Shown piece by piece: positions 54,345 to 63,587 of a stretch of DNA of 64,000 nucleotides. The stretch lies in the sequence record MW460245.1. The stretch is one strand, 5' to 3'. The stretch's first letter is position 1. The number at the start of each line of letters is the position of its first letter. A program made the position numbers and the translations under genes. Under the pieces are notes generated by a model. It did not search any database, was not told the origin of the DNA, and worked only from the letters and a program-made list of their open reading frames with translations.

Positions 54345-56342
54345 TTACCCTTTCATGATACCACCAGCCAGCGTGGTAGTGGCACGACCAGTTCGTTCGA
54401 TGTTGCGCTTCTTGAGCTCCATGCGATAGTGAGGATCCTTCTCCGCATCGGCAGCAATCTTCGCAAGCTTGGCATTAAAATCACGTTCCTTAACGCGCGA
54501 ATTCAGCACGTGATGACGACCAGAACCAGACTTATTGGGTCGGCTCATTTCCTGACCGCTGAACGAGCGCGCACCGATACCAACCCGCGTACGGTTGTTC
54601 GCCAGAGAAAGGCTCGTCAGCTCTGCACCGAGCTCTGCACGAACCGAGGCGAAAGCACGGCGAGCACGAGTGCTATCACCACCATTGTTCCGCAAGGCGC
54701 GCAGGTCACGATCAGACAACGAGCTCAGGATACGGTTGAATGCCTTACGCGATGCGTAGACGTCACCACCTTCCTCGTCGTATTCCTCTTCGCCTTCGTG
54801 CGTCGTGTCCTTACCTGTGTACTTCTCCAGCTGCTTACGCAACGGTGCATCGTCCTTCAGGTCTTTCAGCAGAGCATCCGAATCGATACCAGCTGCCGCC
54901 ATCCACATCTTGAGCGGAATCGGAACACCCTTATCGCTGGCTTTTTCCAGCATGTCGAACAGGTTGTCCTCACCCTTTGCCTCAAGACTCTTCGTCCAGT
55001 GCAGCGTCGGCATGCGCAGCATCGCGCGGTTCGAGGCATTGAACAGGAGTTGCTTCGGCGTCAGGCGACCCTTAGCCTTCAGGCGGTCATCCATCAGGCC
55101 ATTCACGACTGCGATCAGCGGGAACAGCTTGCGGTTGAACACTTGATCCGTAAGGTGATTACGGTAGGCGTTCTGGGACTCCAAGAACGTCGAGTACGAT
55201 TGCTCGGCCGACGCATATGACTGCTCGGAGGACAGGAACGATTCCGAGATACCCAAAGCACGCAGCTTGTACGGGCTCAGGACGTCCATCATATCCGTCC
55301 ACTTCAGGAAGTCACCTGCAGGACGAACGTCGACGGTCTGCACTGCGTTACGCGAAGCAACCCAACCACCCAACGGATCAAACTCAGCTGCCTGGAACAT
55401 GCCGACCAGTGCGTTCAGTTCCTCACCCGACGGCGTCCACGTATCGTCACCTGCAGTCAGGTGAGTGATGGCGCGTTGACGGCGTGCCACTTCAACCAGC
55501 GTACCACGGAACAGAGTCTTCTCGATCAAATACATCGGCAGGATGCGATGCAGGTACGACACATAAGCGCGGTCGCTCAGCGTCTTACGACCAACGAACA
55601 GAGTCGTGACGGGGTCCAGCGTGAATGCGCCACTGCGCAGCATGTCCGTGAACTGGTGCGGCATCTGAGCCAGATACTGCTTGGCATATGCCGACGTGTC
55701 GTTGACAAACTGCTGTACCGCCTGCGAAACACGAACGTTGATCGTCGGATCGATGTTGTGGAACGGCGACGGCAGCACGGTACAGGCGAGTGCATCGTGC
55801 TTCAGCGTGTCCAGGAACTGCTTGCTGATAGGATCGAAGACGAGGGAGCCACAGAAGAAACCGTCCGTCAGGTACGCGACAGAGATTTCGCTCATCATCG
55901 TTTCTATGTTCAGCTGGGCGAGAGCGTCATCGAAGTATTGAAGCTCGTGCTCCGGAAGGCCACGAAGGTCCCAATCCGAGAACGTGAAGGTCGACTGGAT
56001 GTCGATTGCCGAGCCTGCCGTGTTATCGAACAGATAGATGTCGCGGAAGAACAGCGCCAAGGACGAGGTGTCGATCAGCGACGGATCAGCCGGCAGAATA
56101 CCAGTCATCATGTACTGATATTGGCTATTCCAGAAGCTATTCACGCTCGTCGAAGCCCCACCTGCGAAGCCTGCAGGTCCGCTAAGGTTGGCCAGCACCT
56201 GCGTGGCCTGATCCATCCCAGCAATACCGCTTAGGATGTTGTTGCTTCGTGCTGCGGACGCGGCGATTCGGTTACCAGCAGAATGATGCGCGATGCGCAC
56301 CTCACCATTGGAAACCCCGGTCACTCGATTTACAGGGAACAT
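54345..56342 (-). CDS. Probable portal protein
   Basis: 665 aa in the packaging cluster; portal-like layout (YL.DGFF.G.L.F; ALGISESFLS...YASA); charged C-terminus. No motif is decisive. Confidence 0.55.
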   Translation of the reverse strand: MFPVNRVTGVSNGEVRIAHHSAGNRIAASAARSNNILSGIAGMDQATQVLANLSGPAGFAGGASTSVNSFWNSQYQYMMTGILPADPSLIDTSSLALFFRDIYLFDNTAGSAIDIQSTFTFSDWDLRGLPEHELQYFDDALAQLNIETMMSEISVAYLTDGFFCGSLVFDPISKQFLDTLKHDALACTVLPSPFHNIDPTINVRVSQAVQQFVNDTSAYAKQYLAQMPHQFTDMLRSGAFTLDPVTTLFVGRKTLSDRAYVSYLHRILPMYLIEKTLFRGTLVEVARRQRAITHLTAGDDTWTPSGEELNALVGMFQAAEFDPLGGWVASRNAVQTVDVRPAGDFLKWTDMMDVLSPYKLRALGISESFLSSEQSYASAEQSYSTFLESQNAYRNHLTDQVFNRKLFPLIAVVNGLMDDRLKAKGRLTPKQLLFNASNRAMLRMPTLHWTKSLEAKGEDNLFDMLEKASDKGVPIPLKMWMAAAGIDSDALLKDLKDDAPLRKQLEKYTGKDTTHEGEEEYDEEGGDVYASRKAFNRILSSLSDRDLRALRNNGGDSTRARRAFASVRAELGAELTSLSLANNRTRVGIGARSFSGQEMSRPNKSGSGRHHVLNSRVKERDFNAKLAKIAADAEKDPHYRMELKKRNIERTGRATTTLAGGIMKG

Positions 56343-56366
56343 GTAGACCTCTTATTCAGTGCAGCG

Positions 56367-56846
56367 TTATTTGTCAGCTTTCCGTTTCTTGCTGTACTTG
56401 GTGTGGTCAGCAGCGCGGAAGGCGCAGCGCATGACCAGATTCGCTTGAACCTCCGGATCGATGCCGCGCACCTTAGCCTTCTTGGCAACCTTTGGCTTAT
56501 TCCGGAGGTCGTCAGTGTCTATGACGAACAAGCCGCAACCTGCAGGAAGATCATCCTTCACCTTCGCGTACACCTTCTTAGGTACAGCAAAGTAGAGCTG
56601 GTTACAGTACGGCAGGTAGTTCTCCCACTTGCCAGTCTTGATGTCGCTCATGAAGTCAGCGCGCGAGGACTTCACTTCAACGATCACCATGTAACCGCTG
56701 AAGCCAAGGACGAACACGTCTGCACGGCTGCGGCCTTTCTTGCACACACCTAGCTCGGTGAACACGGCGCGTTTCTTTTTACCGTAGTAGACCTTGAGCT
56801 TTTGTTTGATGCGGTCTGAGAGCTCTTTACGATCAGTTGCCATCAC
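56367..56846 (-). CDS. mmcB: MmcB-family PD-(D/E)XK endonuclease
   Basis: RADV......IVEVKSSRADF.SD...KWENYLPYCNQLYFAVP. Confidence 0.85.
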   Translation of the reverse strand: MMATDRKELSDRIKQKLKVYYGKKKRAVFTELGVCKKGRSRADVFVLGFSGYMVIVEVKSSRADFMSDIKTGKWENYLPYCNQLYFAVPKKVYAKVKDDLPAGCGLFVIDTDDLRNKPKVAKKAKVRGIDPEVQANLVMRCAFRAADHTKYSKKRKADK

Positions 56847-57673
56847 CGCTCCATGAACCCAATGATGCCGTCACGCACATCCTTGTATCGGCTGTCCAGC
56901 TGCTGACCGATACGAACGCGGGATTCTGACATCACTCGTTGCAAGGCGCGGCGCTCAGTATCAGGAATGAGAGCACGCAGCTCACCCTCCAGAGCCTGGA
57001 ACTCCTTGATGACTGACGTACCGATCTCTAGGAAGGCAGGCTGAACAACCTGCATCACCAGCGAGGAACCCATAGCGGCCCGATCAGCCGTTGCCTGCAT
57101 TGCGGTCAGCAGTTCCTGGATCGACTGCGTAAGGCTCGTCAGCTGGTAAATACCTTTCTGTCCCTTCGTCTTACGGATGTTGTGCTCTGCGAAGGGGATC
57201 AGGTCGATGAAGGTCTGGAGCAATCGCTTGTTGATGAGCGTATTGGCGTTGTCACCTTCGTTCCGCTCCAGCATCTGCTGAATCTCTTCGGCGTCTGCAC
57301 CAACGATCGAGTTCATCCGCTTCTTGAGCCGGGAGATACGGCGTCCTGCCTTCTCTGTCGAAACCTCATCTGGCTTTAAGGTCACCAGCGAAGTGCTCTT
57401 CTTTTTCTTCTTGGTCAGTTCGATGGATTCAGCGTCCTCCCAACCTTCATCCTTCGATTTCTTCTTTCGTGCCTTTTCATCTTCCTCGGCGTACTTCTTC
57501 TTTTTCTTCTTGATGCGATCCTTGTCCTTCAGCTTCTGGCCAAGGAGCTCATCGTCAGTCAAAACCTTCTTCTCGGTCTTGACCTTCTTTTTCTTCTTGG
57601 GCAGTTCGGAGTCCTCTACCGCCTTCTTCTTTTTCTTCACACCACTAGAGCCACCACTGATAGAGAACTCCAT
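56843..57673 (-). CDS. Hypothetical protein with Lys-rich N-terminus and helical C-terminus (terminase small subunit candidate)
   Basis: KKKKK tracts followed by a helical domain; lies in the packaging cluster. Confidence 0.6.
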   Translation of the reverse strand: MEFSISGGSSGVKKKKKAVEDSELPKKKKKVKTEKKVLTDDELLGQKLKDKDRIKKKKKKYAEEDEKARKKKSKDEGWEDAESIELTKKKKKSTSLVTLKPDEVSTEKAGRRISRLKKRMNSIVGADAEEIQQMLERNEGDNANTLINKRLLQTFIDLIPFAEHNIRKTKGQKGIYQLTSLTQSIQELLTAMQATADRAAMGSSLVMQVVQPAFLEIGTSVIKEFQALEGELRALIPDTERRALQRVMSESRVRIGQQLDSRYKDVRDGIIGFMER

Positions 57674-57682
57674 ACTTACCTC

Positions 57683-57967
57683 TTATTGCGGTTGTTGCTT
57701 CGTCTTTGCTTCGATCTCTTCGTCCGAAAGCGGAAGGGCGATACGATGGTCCATGCACACACGGACGTAGTTGCCATCCGCCTGCGACTCGACCATCTCC
57801 TTGCGACACACAGGACACAGGCCCTGACCTGCCACTTCCTCGGACATGTCCACGACACCAGCAGTCGCCACGCCAGCCTCCACCTTCGCTTTGTCACCAC
57901 GCGGGCGAATGTCATCCTTCGCAGCAGCGGCAGTAGTCCATGCGCTAGGTACTTTCATCTTGCTCAT
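57683..57967 (-). CDS. Small zinc-ribbon protein
   Basis: CPVCRKEM...RVCMDHRIALP. Confidence 0.65.
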   Translation of the reverse strand: MSKMKVPSAWTTAAAAKDDIRPRGDKAKVEAGVATAGVVDMSEEVAGQGLCPVCRKEMVESQADGNYVRVCMDHRIALPLSDEEIEAKTKQQPQ

Positions 57968-58566
57968 CGTCGTTTCCTCTTCAACTCAATCAAGCTTGTG
58001 GCCTCGGCTTCACCTGCTATCTGCCAAGGATCATACTTCAACTGGATGCCCATCCCCATCTCAAGACCGTAGCAACCAATCAGGCATGCATCGATCTGGT
58101 GAGGTGCTACCGCCCATTCCTTGTAGAACTCCTTCAGGTCGAAGTCAAACCGCTGTTGAACGGCGTTCTTCCATTGGGACGCAATGATCGGACGGAACGG
58201 TGTCGGGTAGTGAAGACAGAGGCTACCAAGCATGAAGCTGACGCATTCAATGGTCTTACCCATCGATTGGCCACCTCGTGTCTGGAACCGTTCTGCCATC
58301 ATCCCGTTTGGATTGAACAGCACAGCCCACCTGTCCACCTCTTGCAGGAATCGGTTCTGGGCACCTTTCGCATCGATCAGGTCATCAACAGGGTGCTGCA
58401 TAACGGAGTTAGCGAGCACTCTGATACGACCCTTATGCACACCTACCGCCGCGATCCCCATGTTGGAAGTGCCTGGATCGAAGGTCACCAGGCACTTCTC
58501 ATACATCGGAAACCGTGTAGGCATGGCATAGGAGGCACGCTCCCGTTTCTTTCGTTTCTTTGCCAT
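57964..58566 (-). CDS. ruvC: RuvC-like Holliday junction resolvase
   Basis: VTFDPGTSNMG, MAERFQ, WK, HQIDA..IG acidic catalytic motifs. Confidence 0.85.
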   Translation of the reverse strand: MAKKRKKRERASYAMPTRFPMYEKCLVTFDPGTSNMGIAAVGVHKGRIRVLANSVMQHPVDDLIDAKGAQNRFLQEVDRWAVLFNPNGMMAERFQTRGGQSMGKTIECVSFMLGSLCLHYPTPFRPIIASQWKNAVQQRFDFDLKEFYKEWAVAPHQIDACLIGCYGLEMGMGIQLKYDPWQIAGEAEATSLIELKRKRR

Positions 58567-58588
58567 TTCAAGTCCTAAACTGTTTCCG

Positions 58589-58597
58589 TCAAATTCG
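58589..58597 (-). promoter_or_regulatory. CGAATTTGA motif upstream of ruvC
   Basis: Exact reverse-complement copy in the 32-nt terL-ruvC gap. Confidence 0.55.
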
Positions 58598-58598
58598 A

Positions 58599-60854
58599 TT
58601 AACGGAGCCTCGGCAGACCGCCGCCCATGAGGCGACCCGAGCGACCGGCGAAGGCAGGATGCGGCATGGAACGCTGACCAGAGCCGTCGTACTTCCAGGG
58701 ACGTGCCTCCTTGAGACGATCCATCACCTTCTCCTCGTGCATGATGGCAGTGTTCAGAACGAAGGCTCGCCAGATATCATCTGTAAAACCATCGCCCTTC
58801 TCAGGGCATTTGTCGTGGCCAGGATCCTTCACTGTCAGCATCTGGAGCAACAGGTGACCAACAGGTTCACCGATGAGCTCCTGACGCCAGTTACCAATGT
58901 TGAACTCCAGGACATTCTTCATGATCTCTGGTTTGATCGCTGGCAGCAGGATGTTCTTCTGACTCAGCATGGACTTAACCGTGTCAAAGTTCTTCCGACG
59001 TGGTGTCCATTGCTTCGTCAGGCACCTCGGCTTACCAAGAGGATTGAGACCCATGTCCTCCTTAGCGCGGTGCAGAATGTCCAGCGACTGCCATTGGTCG
59101 GCCAGCAACACAACAGCATTCACATGCTTCAGGACAGGCAGGATCATGTGCTGGTACACCAGATTGAAGTTGACCGATCGGCCTTCGATAATCATGAGTT
59201 CCAACACAGTGCTAACCACCGTCTTACCGCTATCGAAGTCATAGTAGCCTGCTGTCAGCGAGAACGAGTTGTTCTTACTGCCTGCATCGATGGCGACCAC
59301 GGACGGATACGGTACGGAACCGATGCGCTCCACACGACCGTAAATCTCACCAGGCTGATCCAGCATCGTTACCAGACGGTGAGTGTCAATCTTCGAGACG
59401 AAGGTACCGTTCTCTATTACCTCACGCTTGATGAAGGTTGAGGCGATTGCAGGCGGGTTGGCCCCATAGTCACGCTCTGCCTTTTCTTTGTCGAGGGCAT
59501 ACGCATCACGAATGACACGCGAGTCCTTGTCGATACCAGGGTTGATGTGCCACGTTGCCTGTTGCACACCAAGAATCGTCTCAGCACCGTCCTCAGTCCG
59601 CGATTGGCGAAGCAACCGCATCACCTTATCGCGCAGCGAAACAGGCGACGACACCGACATACCGATACACGGCGGCACGAAGGAGTAACCCTGCTCCATC
59701 AGCTTGTCACCAGCAATCTGCACGGTGGTCAGGCTGTTCATCAGAGACTTGTGGGCTTCGTCTGCATTCGCGCGTTCGCTCGTGCTGTCTTCCGCATCCT
59801 CCTCGTCACCTTTCGGAACAGGGAACAGACCCAATTCGTCCAGAGCAAAGCCGATTCGCGTATCACCACGAAGCGTACTAGCTTTAGGGCCGCTAGGGTA
59901 GAACCGCATGTTCTTAAAGAAGAAGGACATGTACATGGTCGAGGACCGATACAGTTCCTTCCCAAGCCGCTTGCCTGTGTCGTCCAGGAACGAGAAGTAT
60001 TCCTGCCACCACCGTGATGTCAGGATGATCTGCCTGAACGGAGTCCAGAGAACACCTAGCGCCTTCGACAATGACAGTGACACGAAGGTGAACGTCAACT
60101 CAGTAGAGGCCTGCATCATCGGACTCAGACCTGCCATGCTTGGAAACTTCAGGTACCGATGCGCAATGTACGACGAATAGGATGCAGCACTGCTCGACTT
60201 ACCAGACCGCTGACCCCAAACGTTCAACAACTGCATGTAGTTCTTGAGACCATGATTCTTGATGAGGTCCCACTTCTCCCTTTTGCATTTCGGACACTTA
60301 CCGTACTCAAGGAACACGAGACGGTCCGGCATGTCTACTGCCGGGAAGTCCTTAGGGATGTTGTTGATGTTGAGCCACTTCTTGTCACTACAGACAGGGC
60401 ATACCTCACCGCATGCCATTGCGCCTGTCCACATTTGGCGCGACCACGGCGGGTTAGCGTCCTTGCCAATGATGTTGAAGGCGTAGTCGTAGTAGTTCTT
60501 TGCAGGCTTGAAGTCACGGTCATCAATGGTGATATCGCGCAAGGTCCCGGTCGAAGGGTCCTCAGCGTCCTTCATCATTGCCCACATGTCGAAGGTATCG
60601 TCATCCTGCTCGCCGTGGTAGACGACGTTACCGTTGTCTGACTTCGCACCTATGTATTGGCTGAAGGATGACGCTTCCTCAATCTGCCGTTTGAGCTGCA
60701 TGTCCTCATGGGTCAGCTCTCCCTTCTTTTCCTTCCGGCGTAGGCGATACTTCTGAACCGCCAGGAGTTGATCGTCCGTCAGCATGCTAGGCATCAGGAT
60801 GTCAATGTCACTCTTGTACCACGCCTTGACCTGCTCCTTAGGTATCTTGGTCAT
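58599..60854 (-). CDS. terL: Terminase large subunit
   Basis: Walker A WGQRSGKS, Walker B FALDELG, coupling motif SVSSP, nuclease VVAIDAG and DDIWRA; CPVC/CPKC zinc insert. Confidence 0.9.
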   Translation of the reverse strand: MTKIPKEQVKAWYKSDIDILMPSMLTDDQLLAVQKYRLRRKEKKGELTHEDMQLKRQIEEASSFSQYIGAKSDNGNVVYHGEQDDDTFDMWAMMKDAEDPSTGTLRDITIDDRDFKPAKNYYDYAFNIIGKDANPPWSRQMWTGAMACGEVCPVCSDKKWLNINNIPKDFPAVDMPDRLVFLEYGKCPKCKREKWDLIKNHGLKNYMQLLNVWGQRSGKSSSAASYSSYIAHRYLKFPSMAGLSPMMQASTELTFTFVSLSLSKALGVLWTPFRQIILTSRWWQEYFSFLDDTGKRLGKELYRSSTMYMSFFFKNMRFYPSGPKASTLRGDTRIGFALDELGLFPVPKGDEEDAEDSTSERANADEAHKSLMNSLTTVQIAGDKLMEQGYSFVPPCIGMSVSSPVSLRDKVMRLLRQSRTEDGAETILGVQQATWHINPGIDKDSRVIRDAYALDKEKAERDYGANPPAIASTFIKREVIENGTFVSKIDTHRLVTMLDQPGEIYGRVERIGSVPYPSVVAIDAGSKNNSFSLTAGYYDFDSGKTVVSTVLELMIIEGRSVNFNLVYQHMILPVLKHVNAVVLLADQWQSLDILHRAKEDMGLNPLGKPRCLTKQWTPRRKNFDTVKSMLSQKNILLPAIKPEIMKNVLEFNIGNWRQELIGEPVGHLLLQMLTVKDPGHDKCPEKGDGFTDDIWRAFVLNTAIMHEEKVMDRLKEARPWKYDGSGQRSMPHPAFAGRSGRLMGGGLPRLR

Positions 60855-61692
60855 ACTGCTTCCTCAAATCGTGCAGCTCGCGCTCTAGCTCACGTGTGTA
60901 ATCTCTTGACCGCGTCTCTCTGTTTCGGATATGGCGCGGCTTCCTTTGCTCTGCCATATAATTCGTGTCCGGAACCTGAGGCTGGTTGGGAGGTGACGCC
61001 TTGACATGACCCTCTGGCCGTTCGACAGGAGGGTTGAGGATGGCGTCAACAAGCTCTGAGGAGAATGTCGCACTCGCAGGTTTGATACCGTCAACTAGAG
61101 CCCCAGTAGGCGACTGGGGATTGGCTTTCGGTATCTTCATGTAGTCACTGATGAAGTTCGCCATGTTCAGCTTGGCAGCCACCTTCATCATGTGATCGAA
61201 CTGGATCAACGTCGTCGGTTCTACAGGAGAACCGAGCGCCCGCTGAATGATTTCCTGTGCCTGATCGGCACCAGCCTGAGCTCCCATCGTGCGGAGGCCA
61301 AGCTCTGTCAGCAGGTAATTACGCACCTGCGCGATATACGGATCCAGCCTCTTCGCCAGCTTGCGCTTGTACTTTGCGCTCAGCTTGGTGAGGTCAGCAT
61401 CCTCGTGCACCAGCTCTTTCTTCTTGAGACCCTTCTCACGTATCCGCATTTCCTCTTCAGTAGAGCGCGTCAGCTTGAAGAAGAACCGCGAATGGTACTT
61501 GCTATTCGGATCGTATGCTCGTTGTGCAGCTTTTAGGGCTTGGGCCTTTTTCAGCCGCTTACGCGCACGCTTTTCGTCTTCGTTGAGTTGCTGCAACTGA
61601 GCCTGGGCCGAGGCCCTCACATAGTCACCATCGACCTCACCGAAGTTGGTGAGAGCGACAAGCATATCGTCGCTCATTTCATTCTTACTCAT
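60838..61692 (-). CDS. Hypothetical helical protein
   Basis: 284-aa ORF overlapping the terL start. Confidence 0.7.
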   Translation of the reverse strand: MSKNEMSDDMLVALTNFGEVDGDYVRASAQAQLQQLNEDEKRARKRLKKAQALKAAQRAYDPNSKYHSRFFFKLTRSTEEEMRIREKGLKKKELVHEDADLTKLSAKYKRKLAKRLDPYIAQVRNYLLTELGLRTMGAQAGADQAQEIIQRALGSPVEPTTLIQFDHMMKVAAKLNMANFISDYMKIPKANPQSPTGALVDGIKPASATFSSELVDAILNPPVERPEGHVKASPPNQPQVPDTNYMAEQRKPRHIRNRETRSRDYTRELERELHDLRKQYDQDT

Positions 61693-61726
61693 CGCTCTCG
61701 TTCCTTACTCATTACTGCGTCAGGAC

Positions 61727-63250
61727 TTATTCGTCCTCTTCAACGTCCTTGCCGTTGTTGCGTGCCAGCGCCCACAGCTCGTCCGCCTTGCCAGTACCTA
61801 CTTGGTTGAAGCAGAACTTCCGCAGGTCCATCGGCTTGAAGCCCAGTGCCTTGCTGATCTTGATCTTGTCGTCCTTGTCACCAAGGATCCACATCTTGAG
61901 ACCAGACCAGTCAATCGGCTTCTTGGCTTTCCCGATACCGTGCAGGTCAAGGACGAACTTCTTCCGCTTGCCGCTCAGCTGACCGGTTTCCTTCAGGAAG
62001 TGGATCGTGTCGAACACCGGATCGAAACCGCGTGCGTCACCGTTCTTGTCAGACACCCACAGGCGAATCCAGGTCTTGCGCCCGGCACCACCACCCAGTT
62101 TGTTTTTCTTCGACACAATCTGGATGTATCGGTACATGTCCTTGCCGTCATCCTCCCACGTGCGCTCGACTTCGAGGCGCTCGTCGTTGAACTTCGGATT
62201 GAACGGCATACCGGAGGTGCGGCTGTTCCACCAGACTCGAACGTCCGAGTTGTAGCGCAGTGCCTTACCAGCAGCTTCCTGTTCCTTCGGACCGTACATG
62301 GCCATCGGAATGTCACGCAACTGGTTCGTACCAACAACGGTCACCAGCTTCTGTGCCAGACGACCCTTGATACGCGGCAAGTTGGCTGCGAACATACGCG
62401 CCTGCAAGCCCAGCGATTTGTTTTGTTCCTCATCGTCGTTTGCCGCCGGGTTCATTGCAGCGAACGAGTCGATAATGATGACCGCTTGCGGATTGCCGTC
62501 TTGTGCCTCGACCCAGATACCCTTGCCGTACTTCTTGGGCATGCTGTCGTTGGCGTACTGACCGTACTTGGCCTTATTGACCTTCGTGTCATCGAACACG
62601 AACCACCACTTGTCTGCCACGTACTTCTTATCGGGCAGCGTGCGCAGGATTTCCGACAGCCAGTCAAAGAACTTCTCACCGACAGTGGATGCCGTGTAGC
62701 GCACCAGCGGTTTCTGAATCCACTTGCCAGTCTCCTTGTCCTTCTTACCGAACAGGTCACGCACGGTAACCTTCAGGCCCATCGTCCGCATGATCGATGC
62801 GATGTACGGCTTAGAGGTAGCAGACGAACCTTCGAAGTCCCACAATGCGATGAGCGGAACCTTCTGCTTGACCGCCGAGGCCATGATCTGGAAGCAACCA
62901 GTCGTCTTACAGGTCTGCTCCCAACCAGCGTGAATGTACAGACCCGGACGCAGGCCGCCGTTCTCCAGCAAGTCTAGAGCCAGACAGCCGGTAGACGTAG
63001 GCTTCAGGTTATCCATCAGGTCCGAGTCAACGCCCTGACGTCGGCTGATCTCGTCGATGGAATCCGTGTACAGCGAGCTCGGGTCAAAGCCACTAAACGA
63101 ACTGCTAGCCTTCAATTTGTCCTTCTTGGACTTCTTACCTTTCGGTTCGTCGTCCGCCAACTCTAGGTCACGCTTCTTGCCTTTCTTTGGCTCGTCGTCA
63201 GCGATCTTGAGCTTGGTCTTTTCCTTTACGGGCTTGGCCTTCTTTGCCAT
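61727..63250 (-). CDS. recA: RecA/UvsX-like recombinase
   Basis: STGCLALDLL..GG, GWEQTCKTT, LWDFEGS, IIIDSFAAM, GLQARM, NQLR, G.ALRYNSDVR, KKNK motifs; start at ATG 63250. Confidence 0.88.
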   Translation of the reverse strand: MAKKAKPVKEKTKLKIADDEPKKGKKRDLELADDEPKGKKSKKDKLKASSSFSGFDPSSLYTDSIDEISRRQGVDSDLMDNLKPTSTGCLALDLLENGGLRPGLYIHAGWEQTCKTTGCFQIMASAVKQKVPLIALWDFEGSSATSKPYIASIMRTMGLKVTVRDLFGKKDKETGKWIQKPLVRYTASTVGEKFFDWLSEILRTLPDKKYVADKWWFVFDDTKVNKAKYGQYANDSMPKKYGKGIWVEAQDGNPQAVIIIDSFAAMNPAANDDEEQNKSLGLQARMFAANLPRIKGRLAQKLVTVVGTNQLRDIPMAMYGPKEQEAAGKALRYNSDVRVWWNSRTSGMPFNPKFNDERLEVERTWEDDGKDMYRYIQIVSKKNKLGGGAGRKTWIRLWVSDKNGDARGFDPVFDTIHFLKETGQLSGKRKKFVLDLHGIGKAKKPIDWSGLKMWILGDKDDKIKISKALGFKPMDLRKFCFNQVGTGKADELWALARNNGKDVEEDE

Positions 63251-63278
63251 GTAGATGATCCTAAGTGGTGTAGTAACG

Positions 63279-63315
63279 AAAAGAGCCCGACCAGATTCAA
63301 CATCCGGACGGGCTC
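63279..63315 (-). terminator. Intrinsic terminator upstream of recA
   Basis: - strand GAGCCCG-TCCGGA...TCTGGT-CGGGCTC-TTTT. Confidence 0.75.
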
Positions 63316-63332
63316 GCTTCAAACGTTACCGC

Positions 63333-63587
63333 TTACTTCTTTTTCTTCTTGCCGCCCTTAGCAGCCTTTCCAGCTTTGGCCTTGCCCTTCTTCTTCGACT
63401 TGGTGTCTTCTTCGTCCTCGTCGTCATCGTCGAGATCGTCGTCGTCATCCTCATCGTCGTCATCTTCGTCCTCGTCGTCATCATCCGACTTCTTGGACTT
63501 CTTGCCCTTGCCCTTCACAGCCTTCTTGGACTTGGCACCCTTCTTGCCTTTCTTCGACTTGCGGTCGTCTTCGTCGTCTTCGTCGTC
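63333..63587 (-). pseudogene. 3' end of a phage gene with D/E- and K-rich tail; 5' part missing at the junction
   Basis: DDEDDEDDRKSKKGKK...DDDDEDEDDD...GGKKKKK with phage-like codon use and no start of its own. Confidence 0.6.

Noticed and set aside
61646-62977. + strand 443-aa ORF
   Set aside because: Antisense shadow of recA.
58599-63250. Inteins in terL or recA
   Set aside because: No C/S-start...HN-end splicing blocks or LAGLIDADG motifs; the extra length is explained by the Zn insert and low-complexity extensions.
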